NCBI GenBank assembly: GCA_934130595.1
Contig: CAKOYF010000002.1
Coordinates: 49,989-113,988, forward strand
From: an uncultured Clostridia bacterium
GTDB taxonomy: Bacteria; Bacillota; Clostridia; TANB77; CAG-465
Reading direction: 5' to 3'
DNA length: 64,000 nucleotides
In this document: in pieces, positions 1 through 9,691 of the stretch
Position numbering within the stretch: position 1 is the stretch's first letter
Layout: every line of letters begins with the position of its first letter
Notes under the pieces: model-generated
Seen by the model: the letters and a program-made list of their open reading frames with translations, nothing else
What the model was told of the DNA's origin: nothing
Database searches by the model: none
Made by a program: the position numbers and the translations under genes

Positions 1-2
1 TA

Positions 3-443
3 TCTGATCTAGAAAAAATAGGAGCAAAAACTTTATTTGCTACACATTATCATGAATTAATAGAACTTGAAAAGAAAATAGATGGAGTAAAAAATTATTC
101 TGTCGCAGTAAAAGAAAAAGGTGATGATGTAATATTCTTAAGAAAAATAGTACCAGGTGGTGCAGATGAATCTTATGGAATATATGTTGCAAAACTTGCT
201 GGAATAAAGAAATCAGTTATAACAAGAGCAAAAGAAATATTAAAATATCTTGAAAATGTTGATCTTGCTAAAAAGACAATAGACGAGAAAAAGAAAAAAA
301 TAACTACTGAAGAAGTTCAAGTTGATATGTTTAACTATAAAATGGCTGGAGTTGTAAGTACTTTAGAAAAAATAGATTTAGATGAACTTACACCAAAAGA
401 TGCTTTAGAAGTGTTATATAAATTAAAAGAAAAATTAGACTAA
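3..443 (+). CDS. mutS: DNA mismatch repair protein MutS, C-terminal fragment (5' end lies outside the window)
   Basis: Frame-3 ORF is open from the window edge to TAA at 441-443. Translation ...TLFATHYHELIELE...VPGGADESYGIYVAKLAG... matches the MutS ATPase-domain end and C-terminal tail. mutL lies downstream. Confidence 0.85.
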   Translation, partial: SDLEKIGAKTLFATHYHELIELEKKIDGVKNYSVAVKEKGDDVIFLRKIVPGGADESYGIYVAKLAGIKKSVITRAKEILKYLENVDLAKKTIDEKKKKITTEEVQVDMFNYKMAGVVSTLEKIDLDELTPKDALEVLYKLKEKLD

Positions 444-485
444 AAAAATATGCAAAAGCTTTATAGCTTTTGCATATTTTTATTT
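442..485. terminator. Bidirectional Rho-independent terminator (mutS / antisense operon)
   Basis: Perfect 13-bp stem atatgcaaaagct (448-460) / agcttttgcatat (465-477) with a 4-nt loop. An A-run lies upstream and a T-run downstream. Confidence 0.8.
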
Positions 486-490
486 AAAAG

Positions 491-703
491 TTAGTTATTT
501 AATTCGGCTTTTAATTTAGAGATTTGATTAAAATAGTAATTTGTTTCTTCTTGAATTTCTTTTAAATTTTTTCTTATTTGTTCGATCTCATCTCTATATA
601 ATTTTGAAACTTCAAATATTTCTTCTGAAGATAATTCACTTGTGGAAATTGTATGATTATCTAATGATTTTTTTAATTTTTGAATATTATTTTGATTTAT
701 CAT
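491..703 (-). CDS. Small coiled-coil protein (70 aa), last gene of the antisense 3-gene operon
   Basis: ORF start overlaps the stop of the upstream 524-aa ORF (687-703), suggesting translational coupling. Heptad-like charged sequence; no recognisable family. Confidence 0.4.
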   Translation of the reverse strand: MINQNNIQKLKKSLDNHTISTSELSSEEIFEVSKLYRDEIEQIRKNLKEIQEETNYYFNQISKLKAELNN

Positions 704-2261
704 TTTTATTTTTCATTTCCTCCTTTGATTTATCTAATAAAGAATAATACTGAGATTTTGCTTCTTCTAAATTCTCTAAATTTTTAGATTCTAAATTTTT
801 ATAATTGTCTCTTAAATCAATCATTTCTTGAAGTTGTTCAGAAGTTATAATAGAATCAGAAGAATTTATATGCTCTTCAGTTTCTTTATCGTATCCAGCT
901 TTTGGCATATATACTGCTTTGCTACGTCCTTTTATTTTTTGGGATTTAGCTCTACTTTTTACAGCTAGGTGTTGGATTTTATCTTGCTTTATTTTTTCTA
1001 TATTTGAAAATTCTTTTGTTTTTAAAGATCTTGTATAATCTAAATATTCGTTTAATGCTTTTTGATTTTGTTCAGAAATATCATTAACATATTGAAGTTT
1101 CATATATTTAATTCTAGAATTTTTAGGATTAGATCCATCAAATCTTTCTTTTATTTCATAATCAAATTCTGCGCTTTCTACTAAATCTTTTTCATAATTT
1201 TTAGCATGCTTTTTGGCTATTCGAATCATTTGCATCATTGAACCTTTTCCAACCATTTTGCAAGATAAAATATATTCTTTTTCATCACAATAATGATTAA
1301 GAGTTTCTGTATATATTTCACCATATAAATTTTGCAAATCAGTAAGTTTGTCTTTTTTTACAGTACTATTTAAAAATGGATTTGCTTTTATTGTAAATGC
1401 TGATTTTAAATAATCTTTTACAGTTTGATATGGCAACTTTCTTGAGCCATCTTTGTTAAAAGCTTTTTGAAGCACTTTATATCTTTTTATAATTTTAGGA
1501 TTTTCTTTAATAGCTGCAGCTAGCACCTGATTATTATATTCTTGTCTATCTACTAAATTTCCGTTTACATCTGTTAGCATATTAGATTCTCTAAAAGTAT
1601 CTTCAAGAATACTTTTTATTCTATCTTTATCATAGAAATCTCTAACTTCTTTTTTATTATTAAGCATAGCAAGTACGTCAGAAGTTTTCACAAATCCTGC
1701 TATTCTAGCATCTCTTTCATGTAGCATGTTTTTATAGTTATCTTCTTTTTTATAATAGTCTTGCTTTAGAAAATCTTTACAAGCAAATTCAATACCATAT
1801 TTGTATGCATATTCAGGAGCTATATCTTTTAACTTAGAAGCCTTTCTTGCTATTTCTCTTTGTTTAATATGCTCTGATTCGTGAAAGATAGTTTGTGAAA
1901 AAGTAGTAAGAATCACAGCTTTATCTTCAGGTGTTTCGGCTTTTTTTAAGTCATTAATAGTTCGCGCATAATTTATTCCAACATAAGATAAAAAACTGCC
2001 ACGTGAAGCAGTTAATCCGTTTGGTGCATCTTTAGTATTTTTTATTTTATCAAATAAGACAATTTTATGAATGTTTGATTGATTTAAATCATATTTAACA
2101 CACTTCTTTACAAATTTTTTTAATATTTTTCCATATGCATTAAAAGATAGTCTTTTATTATTACATATTTTAGGAAAAGTATCTAGAAATAATTCGGATT
2201 TTTTCTCTAAATACTTTTGTTCTCTTTTAGAAAGTTTTTCTTTTTTAGGATTGTTACTCAT
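687..2261 (-). CDS. Hypothetical 524-aa protein with an HExxH (HESEH) zincin-like motif
   Basis: Long uninterrupted ORF. Contains TIFHESEHIKQREIA with a later HERDA. ATGAGTAA-type 8-nt overlap with the upstream small ORF. Lys/Glu-rich C-terminal half. Confidence 0.6.
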   Translation of the reverse strand: MSNNPKKEKLSKREQKYLEKKSELFLDTFPKICNNKRLSFNAYGKILKKFVKKCVKYDLNQSNIHKIVLFDKIKNTKDAPNGLTASRGSFLSYVGINYARTINDLKKAETPEDKAVILTTFSQTIFHESEHIKQREIARKASKLKDIAPEYAYKYGIEFACKDFLKQDYYKKEDNYKNMLHERDARIAGFVKTSDVLAMLNNKKEVRDFYDKDRIKSILEDTFRESNMLTDVNGNLVDRQEYNNQVLAAAIKENPKIIKRYKVLQKAFNKDGSRKLPYQTVKDYLKSAFTIKANPFLNSTVKKDKLTDLQNLYGEIYTETLNHYCDEKEYILSCKMVGKGSMMQMIRIAKKHAKNYEKDLVESAEFDYEIKERFDGSNPKNSRIKYMKLQYVNDISEQNQKALNEYLDYTRSLKTKEFSNIEKIKQDKIQHLAVKSRAKSQKIKGRSKAVYMPKAGYDKETEEHINSSDSIITSEQLQEMIDLRDNYKNLESKNLENLEEAKSQYYSLLDKSKEEMKNKNDKSK

Positions 2262-2544
2262 TTTTATCTGCTCCTTCTTTATATTCTTCTGGAATATAAT
2301 CTAGTACATTTGTTGAGTTAATATTTTCTTGGATAGATTCTATTTCAGATAATACTTTTGCATTTTGTTTATCTTTAAAATGCTTAGCAATTTTATTTAT
2401 AAATCCTTTTCCTTCTAATTTGTTCATTTCTTTTTCGCTTAAGCAAGAATTTATCATCTGATCATCTTCTTCAGAATATTTTTCATATTCTCTTGCTTCT
2501 ACGCTTTTTGCATATTCTTCTAATTCTTTATCTGTTAATTTCAT
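2254..2544 (-). CDS. Small acidic protein (96 aa), first gene of the antisense operon
   Basis: The internal ATG (MKLTDKE...) is preceded by GGAGTGGAGG on the minus strand, so the longer 114-aa ORF start at 2598 is unlikely. No family recognised. Confidence 0.5.
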   Translation of the reverse strand: MKLTDKELEEYAKSVEAREYEKYSEEDDQMINSCLSEKEMNKLEGKGFINKIAKHFKDKQNAKVLSEIESIQENINSTNVLDYIPEEYKEGADKNE

Positions 2545-2618
2545 AAGAATACCTCCACTCCATAATTTTATTATACATAAAATTATTATATTATACAATA
2601 GTATAGAGGCTTTTTGGC

Positions 2619-2647
2619 TTGTAAATTGACAAAAAACATAGTATAAT
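2619..2647 (+). promoter_or_regulatory. Sigma-A-type promoter for mutL-miaA
   Basis: TTGTAA (2619-2624), 17-nt spacer, TATAAT (2642-2647), 27 nt upstream of the mutL ATG. Confidence 0.6.
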
Positions 2648-2673
2648 TATGTAGAATTAAAGGAGAAAAATTA

Positions 2674-4602
2674 ATGGGAGATATTGTATTATTAGATGAA
2701 CAAACAATAAATAAAATAGCAGCAGGAGAAGTTGTAGATAGACCTTCTTCAATAGTTAAAGAATTGGTAGAAAACTCAATAGATGCCAAGGCAACAGCAG
2801 TTACTGTTGAAATTAGAAAAGGTGGAATAAGCTATATAAAGATCACAGATAATGGTTTAGGATTTAAAAGCGATGATATAGAACTAGCTTTTGAAAGACA
2901 TGCTACAAGTAAAATTAGAAAAGAAGAAGACTTGCAAAAAATAACTTCTATGGGATTTAGAGGTGAGGCTTTAGCATCAGTTGCAGCAATTGCAAAGATT
3001 TCGCTTACAACTAAAAATGTAAATGAAGATATAGGTACAAAAGTAAGAGTAGAAGCTGGAAATATTATTTCTAGAGAAGAAGTACCTTGTGTAACTGGTA
3101 CAACAATTGAGATTTTTGATGTTTTTTATAACGTACCTGCAAGATTTAAGTTCTTGAAAAAAGATTATACAGAAGCAGGATATATTGAAGACGTTATGAC
3201 TAGAATAGCACTTGCTTATCCACAAGTAAGCTTTAGATATATAAATAATGGTAAAACTATATTACAAACTTCTGGAACTGGAGATTTACATGATGCTATT
3301 TATGATGTCTTTGGAAAAGAAATATATGATGCTGTATTACCTATAGATTATGAAACAGGAGACATGAAAGTATTTGGAATGATAGGAAAGCCTTCTGTAT
3401 CACGTTCTACAAGAATGCATCAATTTACTTTTTTAAATAACAGATATATAAAAGATAAAACAGTATCATCTGCTATAGATAGAGCATGTGAAGAAAAATA
3501 TGCAATAAGTAAACACGCTTTTATAGTTTGCAATATATACATGAATCCTGCGCAAGTAGATGTTAATGTTCATCCAGCTAAGTTAGAAGTAAAATTTGCT
3601 GATGAAGCAAAAATATTTGATGTAGTTTATCATGCAGTTAGAAGTGCAATAGAAAATGATAATAAGAGTACAAACCCATTTACAATAGCAAGAGAAGAAA
3701 TATCAGCTATTGAAAAAAGAGAAAATGAAGTACCAGAAAATGATTCTTCAAAAATAGAACAGATATCTAAAGATTTGATGAACAATGGAGTTATACCAAA
3801 TAAAGAAGAAAAGAAATATAATTTTGATGTTGCTACTAAAAAATTATATCAACCTCAAAAAGTAGAGCCAGTTGGAATAAACAGCTTAATTGAGTCATTA
3901 AATGAAAAATTTGGAGATATAAATACAGATACACAAGATAAGAAAGATCAAGAAGAAAAAGAAGAAAAATTCGAACAAGCGAAATTTGATGTAGAATCTT
4001 ATGAAGAAACTCAAATAGAAAAAGTTGAAAATGTGTATAAGTATATTGGAAATTTATTTGATACGTATATAATAATTCAAATGAAAGATAAAATGTATTT
4101 TGTTGATCAACATGCTGCCCATGAAAGATACTTATTTGAACAAATTAAAAAAGCATATTATGCTAAAGATAGAGAAACACAAATGCTACTTGTTCCTATT
4201 TTAGTTGGATTATCTACAAAAGAAATGAATATAGTTAAAGAAAATATTGAAATGTTTGAAAATTCAGGATTTATTCTAGAAGAATTTGGTGAAAATTCAT
4301 ATAAAATATCTGGAGTACCAAATGTTGGATATAACATAGATCATAAATCTATGTTTAAGGATATGATTACTGAACTTTCAACAAATGAAAAAACAGAAAG
4401 ACAAGAAAAAGAACATAGATTTTTAGCTACTTTAGCTTGTAGAGCAGCTGTAATGGCAGGAGATAAACTAGATGTTGAAGAACAAAAAAGACTAGTGGAT
4501 AACATGATAGGATTAGACAATCCATTTACTTGTCCACATGGTAGACCTACTGCTGTTCCTATGACAAGATATGAAATAGAAAGAAAGTTTATGAGAAAAT
4601 AA
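2674..4602 (+). CDS. mutL: DNA mismatch repair protein MutL
   Basis: N-terminal GHKL ATPase motifs (INKIAAGEVVDRPSSIVKELVENSIDA, DNGLGF, GFRGEAL). C-terminal endonuclease/dimerisation region (DQHAAHER, CPHGRP). Confidence 0.95.
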   Translation: MGDIVLLDEQTINKIAAGEVVDRPSSIVKELVENSIDAKATAVTVEIRKGGISYIKITDNGLGFKSDDIELAFERHATSKIRKEEDLQKITSMGFRGEALASVAAIAKISLTTKNVNEDIGTKVRVEAGNIISREEVPCVTGTTIEIFDVFYNVPARFKFLKKDYTEAGYIEDVMTRIALAYPQVSFRYINNGKTILQTSGTGDLHDAIYDVFGKEIYDAVLPIDYETGDMKVFGMIGKPSVSRSTRMHQFTFLNNRYIKDKTVSSAIDRACEEKYAISKHAFIVCNIYMNPAQVDVNVHPAKLEVKFADEAKIFDVVYHAVRSAIENDNKSTNPFTIAREEISAIEKRENEVPENDSSKIEQISKDLMNNGVIPNKEEKKYNFDVATKKLYQPQKVEPVGINSLIESLNEKFGDINTDTQDKKDQEEKEEKFEQAKFDVESYEETQIEKVENVYKYIGNLFDTYIIIQMKDKMYFVDQHAAHERYLFEQIKKAYYAKDRETQMLLVPILVGLSTKEMNIVKENIEMFENSGFILEEFGENSYKISGVPNVGYNIDHKSMFKDMITELSTNEKTERQEKEHRFLATLACRAAVMAGDKLDVEEQKRLVDNMIGLDNPFTCPHGRPTAVPMTRYEIERKFMRK

Positions 4603-4615
4603 AGGAGAAAGAAAG

Positions 4616-5545
4616 TTGGAAAATATTATATGTATAGTTGGGCCAACAGCTTCAGGAAAAACTGGGCTAGCAATAGAACTAGCTAAAGCTATTGATGCTG
4701 AGGTTATATCTGCAGATTCAATGCAAATATATAAAGGATTAGATGTAGGTACAGCTAAAGTAACTGAAGAAGAGGCACAAGGAATACCTCATCATTTGAT
4801 TGATATCTGTAATGTAGATGAAAAGTTTAGCGTTGCAGATTTTAAGAAGATGTGCTATGATAAAATTGAAGAAATAATTAGTCGTGGTAAAAAAGTAATA
4901 ATAGCTGGGGGTACAGGTTTATATGTAAATGCCGTAGTATATAATATGAATTTTGAAGATGAAGAAACAGACTTTGCTTTAAGAGAAGAACTTCAAAAAA
5001 TATATGAAGAAAAAGGCAATGATTACTTATATGATATGCTAAAAAAGATAGATCCTGAATCAGCTAGTAAGATTCATAAGAACAATGTAAAAAGAGTTAT
5101 AAGAGCTATTGAGATGGCAAAGAATGTAAAACTTAAATCTGTTCATATGAAAGAGGAAGCAGAAAGAATAAAAAAAGAAGAGAGTAAATATAGATTTTTT
5201 GTATTTTGTATTGAGCAAGATAGAGAATACCTATATAATAGAATAAATCTTAGAGTAGATTTAATGGTAAAAGATGGAGTATTAGAAGAAGCTAAAAAGG
5301 TGTATGATATGAAACTTCCAAAAGATAATACTTGTATGCAAGCAATAGGATATAAAGAATTTTTCCCATATTTTGAAGGAAAAATAACTTTAGAAGAAGC
5401 TATTGACAATCTAAAAAAAGAAACAAGACATTATGCTAAAAGACAGATGACTTGGTTTAACAATAAATTAGAGTGTATTAAATTAGATGGAAGTAAGCCA
5501 AAAGATGAATTAGTAAAGGAAATTCTAGGATATTTAAATAGTTAA
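4616..5545 (+). CDS. miaA: tRNA dimethylallyltransferase MiaA (TTG start)
   Basis: P-loop IVGPTASGKT, SADSMQIYKGLDVGTAK, YAKRQMTWF. AAGGAG RBS lies 7 nt upstream of the TTG. Confidence 0.92.
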   Translation: MENIICIVGPTASGKTGLAIELAKAIDAEVISADSMQIYKGLDVGTAKVTEEEAQGIPHHLIDICNVDEKFSVADFKKMCYDKIEEIISRGKKVIIAGGTGLYVNAVVYNMNFEDEETDFALREELQKIYEEKGNDYLYDMLKKIDPESASKIHKNNVKRVIRAIEMAKNVKLKSVHMKEEAERIKKEESKYRFFVFCIEQDREYLYNRINLRVDLMVKDGVLEEAKKVYDMKLPKDNTCMQAIGYKEFFPYFEGKITLEEAIDNLKKETRHYAKRQMTWFNNKLECIKLDGSKPKDELVKEILGYLNS

Positions 5546-5559
5546 TTAGGAGAGAGAGT

Positions 5560-6774
5560 ATGGCTAAAATAATTGACTTTTTTAAGGAAAATATCAAAGT
5601 AATTATTGTTGTGGCAATTTTACTGACTTTTTTGATATTTTATTTATCTAAAGAAGAACTTGGAAAGAAAACAATATATACTGTTGTAAATGGTAGTATA
5701 GAAAGTTCAATAGAAACTAATTTGTACTTAATAAAAAATGAAACAGTAATAGATTATGATAAAACACAGGCAATAACTTCTATAATTGATCAAGGAAAAA
5801 GAACATCTAAAAATGAAGCTATTGCAACATATAAAAATGATAGCTATGATGAATATCAAAATCAAATCAATGATATAGATAAACAAATACAAACATTAGT
5901 TAAAGACTTACCAGTTACTTATTCTGCAGACATATCTAATATTGAAGATAAAATTTTTAAATATTCTAATGAAGTTCAAAAGACAACTTCATATTTAAAA
6001 ATTCAAGAATATAAAACAAAGCTAGATGAGTTAGCGTATAAAAAAATAACTATATTAGCTAATTCTTCACCAGATAGTTCAGCAATAAGAGACTTGGTTT
6101 CAAAAAGAGAAAATTTAGTTAAATTAAGTAAAAGTTCGAATAATATAATATCTTCTAGTATGGCAGGAATTGTTACATATAAGGTAGATGGATTAGAAAA
6201 TAAATTTTCATACAAAAATGTGCAAAAATTTTCTACGCAGGATTTTGAAGAACTAATTTCAGCTTATGACGAAAGTAAAAATAGTGAATTTGGAATAAAA
6301 GTAGTAGATAATTTTGGAGCATACTTTTTAGTTAAAACAAATTGTGGAGATTTTGATCAGTATATAAAAGAAGGAAAAAAATACAAAATAAGAATATCTG
6401 ACTTAGAAAACCTTTCAATGTATGCAACATTAGTAAGTAATTCTACAGATAATGGATATAACTATTCTTTATTCAAAATAGATAATGAAATAGACAATTT
6501 AATAGATTATAGAAAATTATCATGTGAAGTTGTATGGAATACTATTGAAGGTATGGCTGTTCCACTAAATTCAATATATACAGATGAGATAGAAGGATAT
6601 GAGTATGTTTTAATGGTGTTTGGTACGGACTATGTTAAAGTACCAGTAAATATTATTGCTAAAAGTGATAGTATAGCAATTGTTGAAAATGCAAGTAATG
6701 AAGTATATGAAAAATATAATTTAGATACAACCTTTAAACTAGAATTATATGATGAATTAGTAATAGAAAAATAA
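5560..6774 (+). CDS. Membrane-anchored coiled-coil protein, possibly a HlyD-type periplasmic-adaptor-like protein
   Basis: N-terminal TM helix (VIIVVAILLTFLIFYL), central coiled coil, beta-rich C-terminus (MAGIVTYKVDGLEN). Family assignment is an impression only. Confidence 0.4.
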   Translation: MAKIIDFFKENIKVIIVVAILLTFLIFYLSKEELGKKTIYTVVNGSIESSIETNLYLIKNETVIDYDKTQAITSIIDQGKRTSKNEAIATYKNDSYDEYQNQINDIDKQIQTLVKDLPVTYSADISNIEDKIFKYSNEVQKTTSYLKIQEYKTKLDELAYKKITILANSSPDSSAIRDLVSKRENLVKLSKSSNNIISSSMAGIVTYKVDGLENKFSYKNVQKFSTQDFEELISAYDESKNSEFGIKVVDNFGAYFLVKTNCGDFDQYIKEGKKYKIRISDLENLSMYATLVSNSTDNGYNYSLFKIDNEIDNLIDYRKLSCEVVWNTIEGMAVPLNSIYTDEIEGYEYVLMVFGTDYVKVPVNIIAKSDSIAIVENASNEVYEKYNLDTTFKLELYDELVIEK

Positions 6775-6775
6775 A

Positions 6776-6808
6776 GGGCAATTGAAAAAAATCAATTGCT
6801 CTTTTTTG
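6776..6808. terminator. Bidirectional terminator hairpin between convergent genes
   Basis: 10-bp stem gggcaattga (6776-6785) / tcaattgctc (6792-6801, one G-U pair), A6 loop, T-run 6802-6807. Confidence 0.65.
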
Positions 6809-7379
6809 TGTACTTTTTATTACTAATAGGGTCTGTATAAATTTTTATGTTTTGATGCTTTTCAACATTAAGAACTTTCTTTTGATCTCCAAGAATTAAT
6901 AAAGTTTGGTACAATTCATATTTAGAGAACATATCGGTTTCTAAAATTTCATTTATACATTTTTCATAATAAAACTCTCTTGAGTTTTGAACTAGTAAAG
7001 GCTTATCTAAAATTTTATTATAATGAAATAAATTGCCAGGCATTATAGAAGAGCATATTATAGCTTCGGGACATTCGTAATCTCCAACAGTATAGTTTTC
7101 TATATCTGTTACAAAGTCGTCAATTAATTCTGTGTTTTCACATATTTTATTAAAAACTATGGCAGTTAATCCATTAGTTAGTACTCTAATACATTCAAAA
7201 TCTTCACTTTTATATAGTGGTGAATCTTTTGGTGATAAGAAAGCTCGTATTCCTCGTTTTGAAGAATCCTTCAAAGAAAGAACACTGTTTTCTTGATCGG
7301 ACAATTTAATTCCATATTTAAGGCAATCACTAGCTATATTTTTGTCTACATATATATATAGGTCTTGCACAATAATCAC
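6792..7379 (-). CDS. Hypothetical protein (195 aa)
   Basis: Clean ORF with host-like composition. No motif recognised. Confidence 0.5.
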   Translation of the reverse strand: MIIVQDLYIYVDKNIASDCLKYGIKLSDQENSVLSLKDSSKRGIRAFLSPKDSPLYKSEDFECIRVLTNGLTAIVFNKICENTELIDDFVTDIENYTVGDYECPEAIICSSIMPGNLFHYNKILDKPLLVQNSREFYYEKCINEILETDMFSKYELYQTLLILGDQKKVLNVEKHQNIKIYTDPISNKKYTKKSN

Positions 7380-7440
7380 TCCTAAGTGAGTATATTATAA
7401 CATAATATAGCTTAAAAGTTAATACATTTGTCGAATGTAA

Positions 7441-7470
7441 GAAAAAAAGCTATTGATATAATAGCTTTTT
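7441..7470 (-). terminator. Rho-independent terminator after dut
   Basis: 11-bp stem aaaaagctatt (7444-7454) / aatagcttttt (7460-7470). T-run on the minus strand. Confidence 0.7.
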
Positions 7471-7476
7471 ACATAA

Positions 7477-7938
7477 TTATTTATTATCTGTTGAACCAAA
7501 TCCACCTTGTCTAGTTCCTGTTGCAGCATCATCATCAACAATTAGATATTTTTGGAAAATAGCTTGAGCTACTGCATCTCCTTTTTTTATATGTACATCT
7601 TCATCTTTTAAATTAATACATTGAACAAAAATGTGACCATCATTGTCTGCATTGCCATAATAATCTGCATCAATTACTCCAACATTATGTGGAAAACTAA
7701 TTCCTTGTTTTTTTGGACCAGAACTACGTGGAACAATTAATAATACTTCATCTGGTTGCATATAAGCTTTTAAACCTGTAGGAATTAATGTAGGTTTTAT
7801 ACCAAGTTTGAAACTTGGTAATACGATATCTTCAGCAGCTTCTAAGTCATAAGCAGCAGAACGTACAGTTTTTCTTACTGGAATATTAATGTTTTTATCT
7901 TCAAATCCTTTTGCAATTTCAAATCCTCTCTGTCTCAT
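7477..7938 (-). CDS. dut: dUTP diphosphatase (trimeric dUTPase, YncF-like)
   Basis: Motifs AAYDL, VPRSSG, GVIDADYYG, RQGGFGSTD. Confidence 0.85.
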   Translation of the reverse strand: MRQRGFEIAKGFEDKNINIPVRKTVRSAAYDLEAAEDIVLPSFKLGIKPTLIPTGLKAYMQPDEVLLIVPRSSGPKKQGISFPHNVGVIDADYYGNADNDGHIFVQCINLKDEDVHIKKGDAVAQAIFQKYLIVDDDAATGTRQGGFGSTDNK

Positions 7939-7984
7939 TTTATACCTCCTAACAACATTTAGAATTATATCATAATAATAATAT

Positions 7985-8031
7985 ATTTAAAAGAAAAAGA
8001 AAAAAATTAGTCTCAAATATTGAGACTAATT
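7985..8031 (-). terminator. Rho-independent terminator after htpX
   Basis: 11-bp stem aattagtctca (8005-8015) / tgagactaatt (8021-8031) overlapping the stop codon. Long T-rich run on the minus strand (7985-8004). Confidence 0.65.
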
Positions 8032-8910
8032 TATATGTTCAAGTCTAGCTATACGCTCAGATAGTGGAGGGTGAGTAGAGAAGATATCTGTTTTTTCTCT
8101 TTTTGCCTTCACTGGCTCACTAATATACATGTGAGCTGTCGCATTACTAACATTTTGCATACTTGAATCATCATTTTGTAATTTTTTCAAAGCACTAATA
8201 AGACCATTTGGATTTCTAGTAAATTCTACAGCAGTTGCATCTGCAAGATATTCTCTTTTTCTAGAAACAGCAAGCTGTATTAATTTTGTAAATAAAGGAG
8301 ATAAAATAACAAATATTAATCCAACGATTAATAATATTCCCTCTATTGGATTTTTATCTTCTGAATCACGTTTTCTTCTAAATCCATATCTTAAAGTAAA
8401 GTCTGAAACCATTACAACAAAACCTGCAAATACAGATATAACTGTAGATAAAAGTATGTCATAATTTTTAATGTGAGATAGCTCGTGAGCTAAGACTCCT
8501 TCAAGTTCATATTTGTCCATTCTCTCAAGCAAACCAGTTGTAACACAAATTACTGCATTTTGAGGATTTCTTCCTGTAGCAAAAGCATTAGGTGATGGAT
8601 CATTAACTACATATAGTTTAGGTCTTGGTAGTCCAGATGCTATGCAAAGACCATCAAGTAAAGTAGATATTAATTGATCTTGTTCTTGAGTTGCAGGTCT
8701 TGCTCCATTCATTGCTAAAACTAGTTTATCACAATTATAATATGAAATAATACTAGTTGCCGCTGAAAAAATAAACGCTATAACCAATGAATAAGGTCCA
8801 AGGTCCATTAAATAGCAAACAAAATAAATGAACAATGTAACAATTAATAAAAATCCTAAAACTATAAAGTAAGATTGAATTTTGTTATCTCTAACAGATT
8901 TTAAAATCAT
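8026..8910 (-). CDS. htpX: M48-family zinc metalloprotease HtpX
   Basis: HELSHIKN HExxH motif, four TM segments, C-terminal STHPPLSERI. Confidence 0.9.
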   Translation of the reverse strand: MILKSVRDNKIQSYFIVLGFLLIVTLFIYFVCYLMDLGPYSLVIAFIFSAATSIISYYNCDKLVLAMNGARPATQEQDQLISTLLDGLCIASGLPRPKLYVVNDPSPNAFATGRNPQNAVICVTTGLLERMDKYELEGVLAHELSHIKNYDILLSTVISVFAGFVVMVSDFTLRYGFRRKRDSEDKNPIEGILLIVGLIFVILSPLFTKLIQLAVSRKREYLADATAVEFTRNPNGLISALKKLQNDDSSMQNVSNATAHMYISEPVKAKREKTDIFSTHPPLSERIARLEHIN

Positions 8911-8922
8911 AATATCACCTTA

Positions 8923-9471
8923 TTAGAATTGAACTTTTACAGGTTCTTTTTGTGCTTCATCAATTTGGAAGAAAGGCTCTTCTTTATATCCAAACATTCC
9001 AGCTATTATATTAGCAGGAAATTTCATTATAGCAGTGTTGTACATTTGAACTGTATCATTATAAAATTGTCTTGAATAAGCAATTTTATCTTCTGTTCCT
9101 GTTAATTCAGTTTGTAAAGCCATAAAATTAGTGTTTGCTTTTAAATCTGGATAAGATTCAGATAAAGCAAAAATGCTTTTTAAAGTTTTAGATAATTCAT
9201 TATTTGCTGCTGCTTTATCTTCAATAGTTGAAGCTGTTGCATAACTATTTCTAGCTGCAATAACTTTTTCAAGAGTTCCTTGCTCGTGAGCTGCATATCC
9301 TTTTACAGTTTCAACAAGATTTGGTATTAAGTCAAATCTTCTTTTTAATTGAGTATCGATTTGTGCCCAAGCATTTTTTACTCTCATTTTTAAACTAACT
9401 AAGTTGTTATACATACCAATTATAGATAATATAAGTAATAATAGAACAACTATTGTAATTATTAACCACAT
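8923..9471 (-). CDS. lemA: LemA family membrane protein
   Basis: N-terminal TM then YNNLV...WAQIDTQLKRRFDLIPNLVETVKGYAAHE, a typical LemA sequence. The lemA-htpX pairing is common. Confidence 0.9.
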   Translation of the reverse strand: MWLIITIVVLLLLILSIIGMYNNLVSLKMRVKNAWAQIDTQLKRRFDLIPNLVETVKGYAAHEQGTLEKVIAARNSYATASTIEDKAAANNELSKTLKSIFALSESYPDLKANTNFMALQTELTGTEDKIAYSRQFYNDTVQMYNTAIMKFPANIIAGMFGYKEEPFFQIDEAQKEPVKVQF

Positions 9472-9630
9472 AAAACATACCTCCCTTTATTGTGATAATA
9501 ATATTCTATCATTAAAACATTATATTTGCAATAAAATATCTTAATGACATTTATCATATATTGCTACAAATTCGAGTATAAGTCGATTTGTGTAGTAATT
9601 AGTTATTTATCTAAATAAGTAATAATGAAT

Positions 9631-9659
9631 TTGACAAAGAATATATTATATAGTATAAT
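9631..9659 (+). promoter_or_regulatory. Consensus sigma-A promoter
   Basis: TTGACA (9631-9636), 17-nt spacer, TATAAT (9654-9659). Confidence 0.65.
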
Positions 9660-9691
9660 AAACTTGTTAAATATTCTTAGGAGGAATTTTT

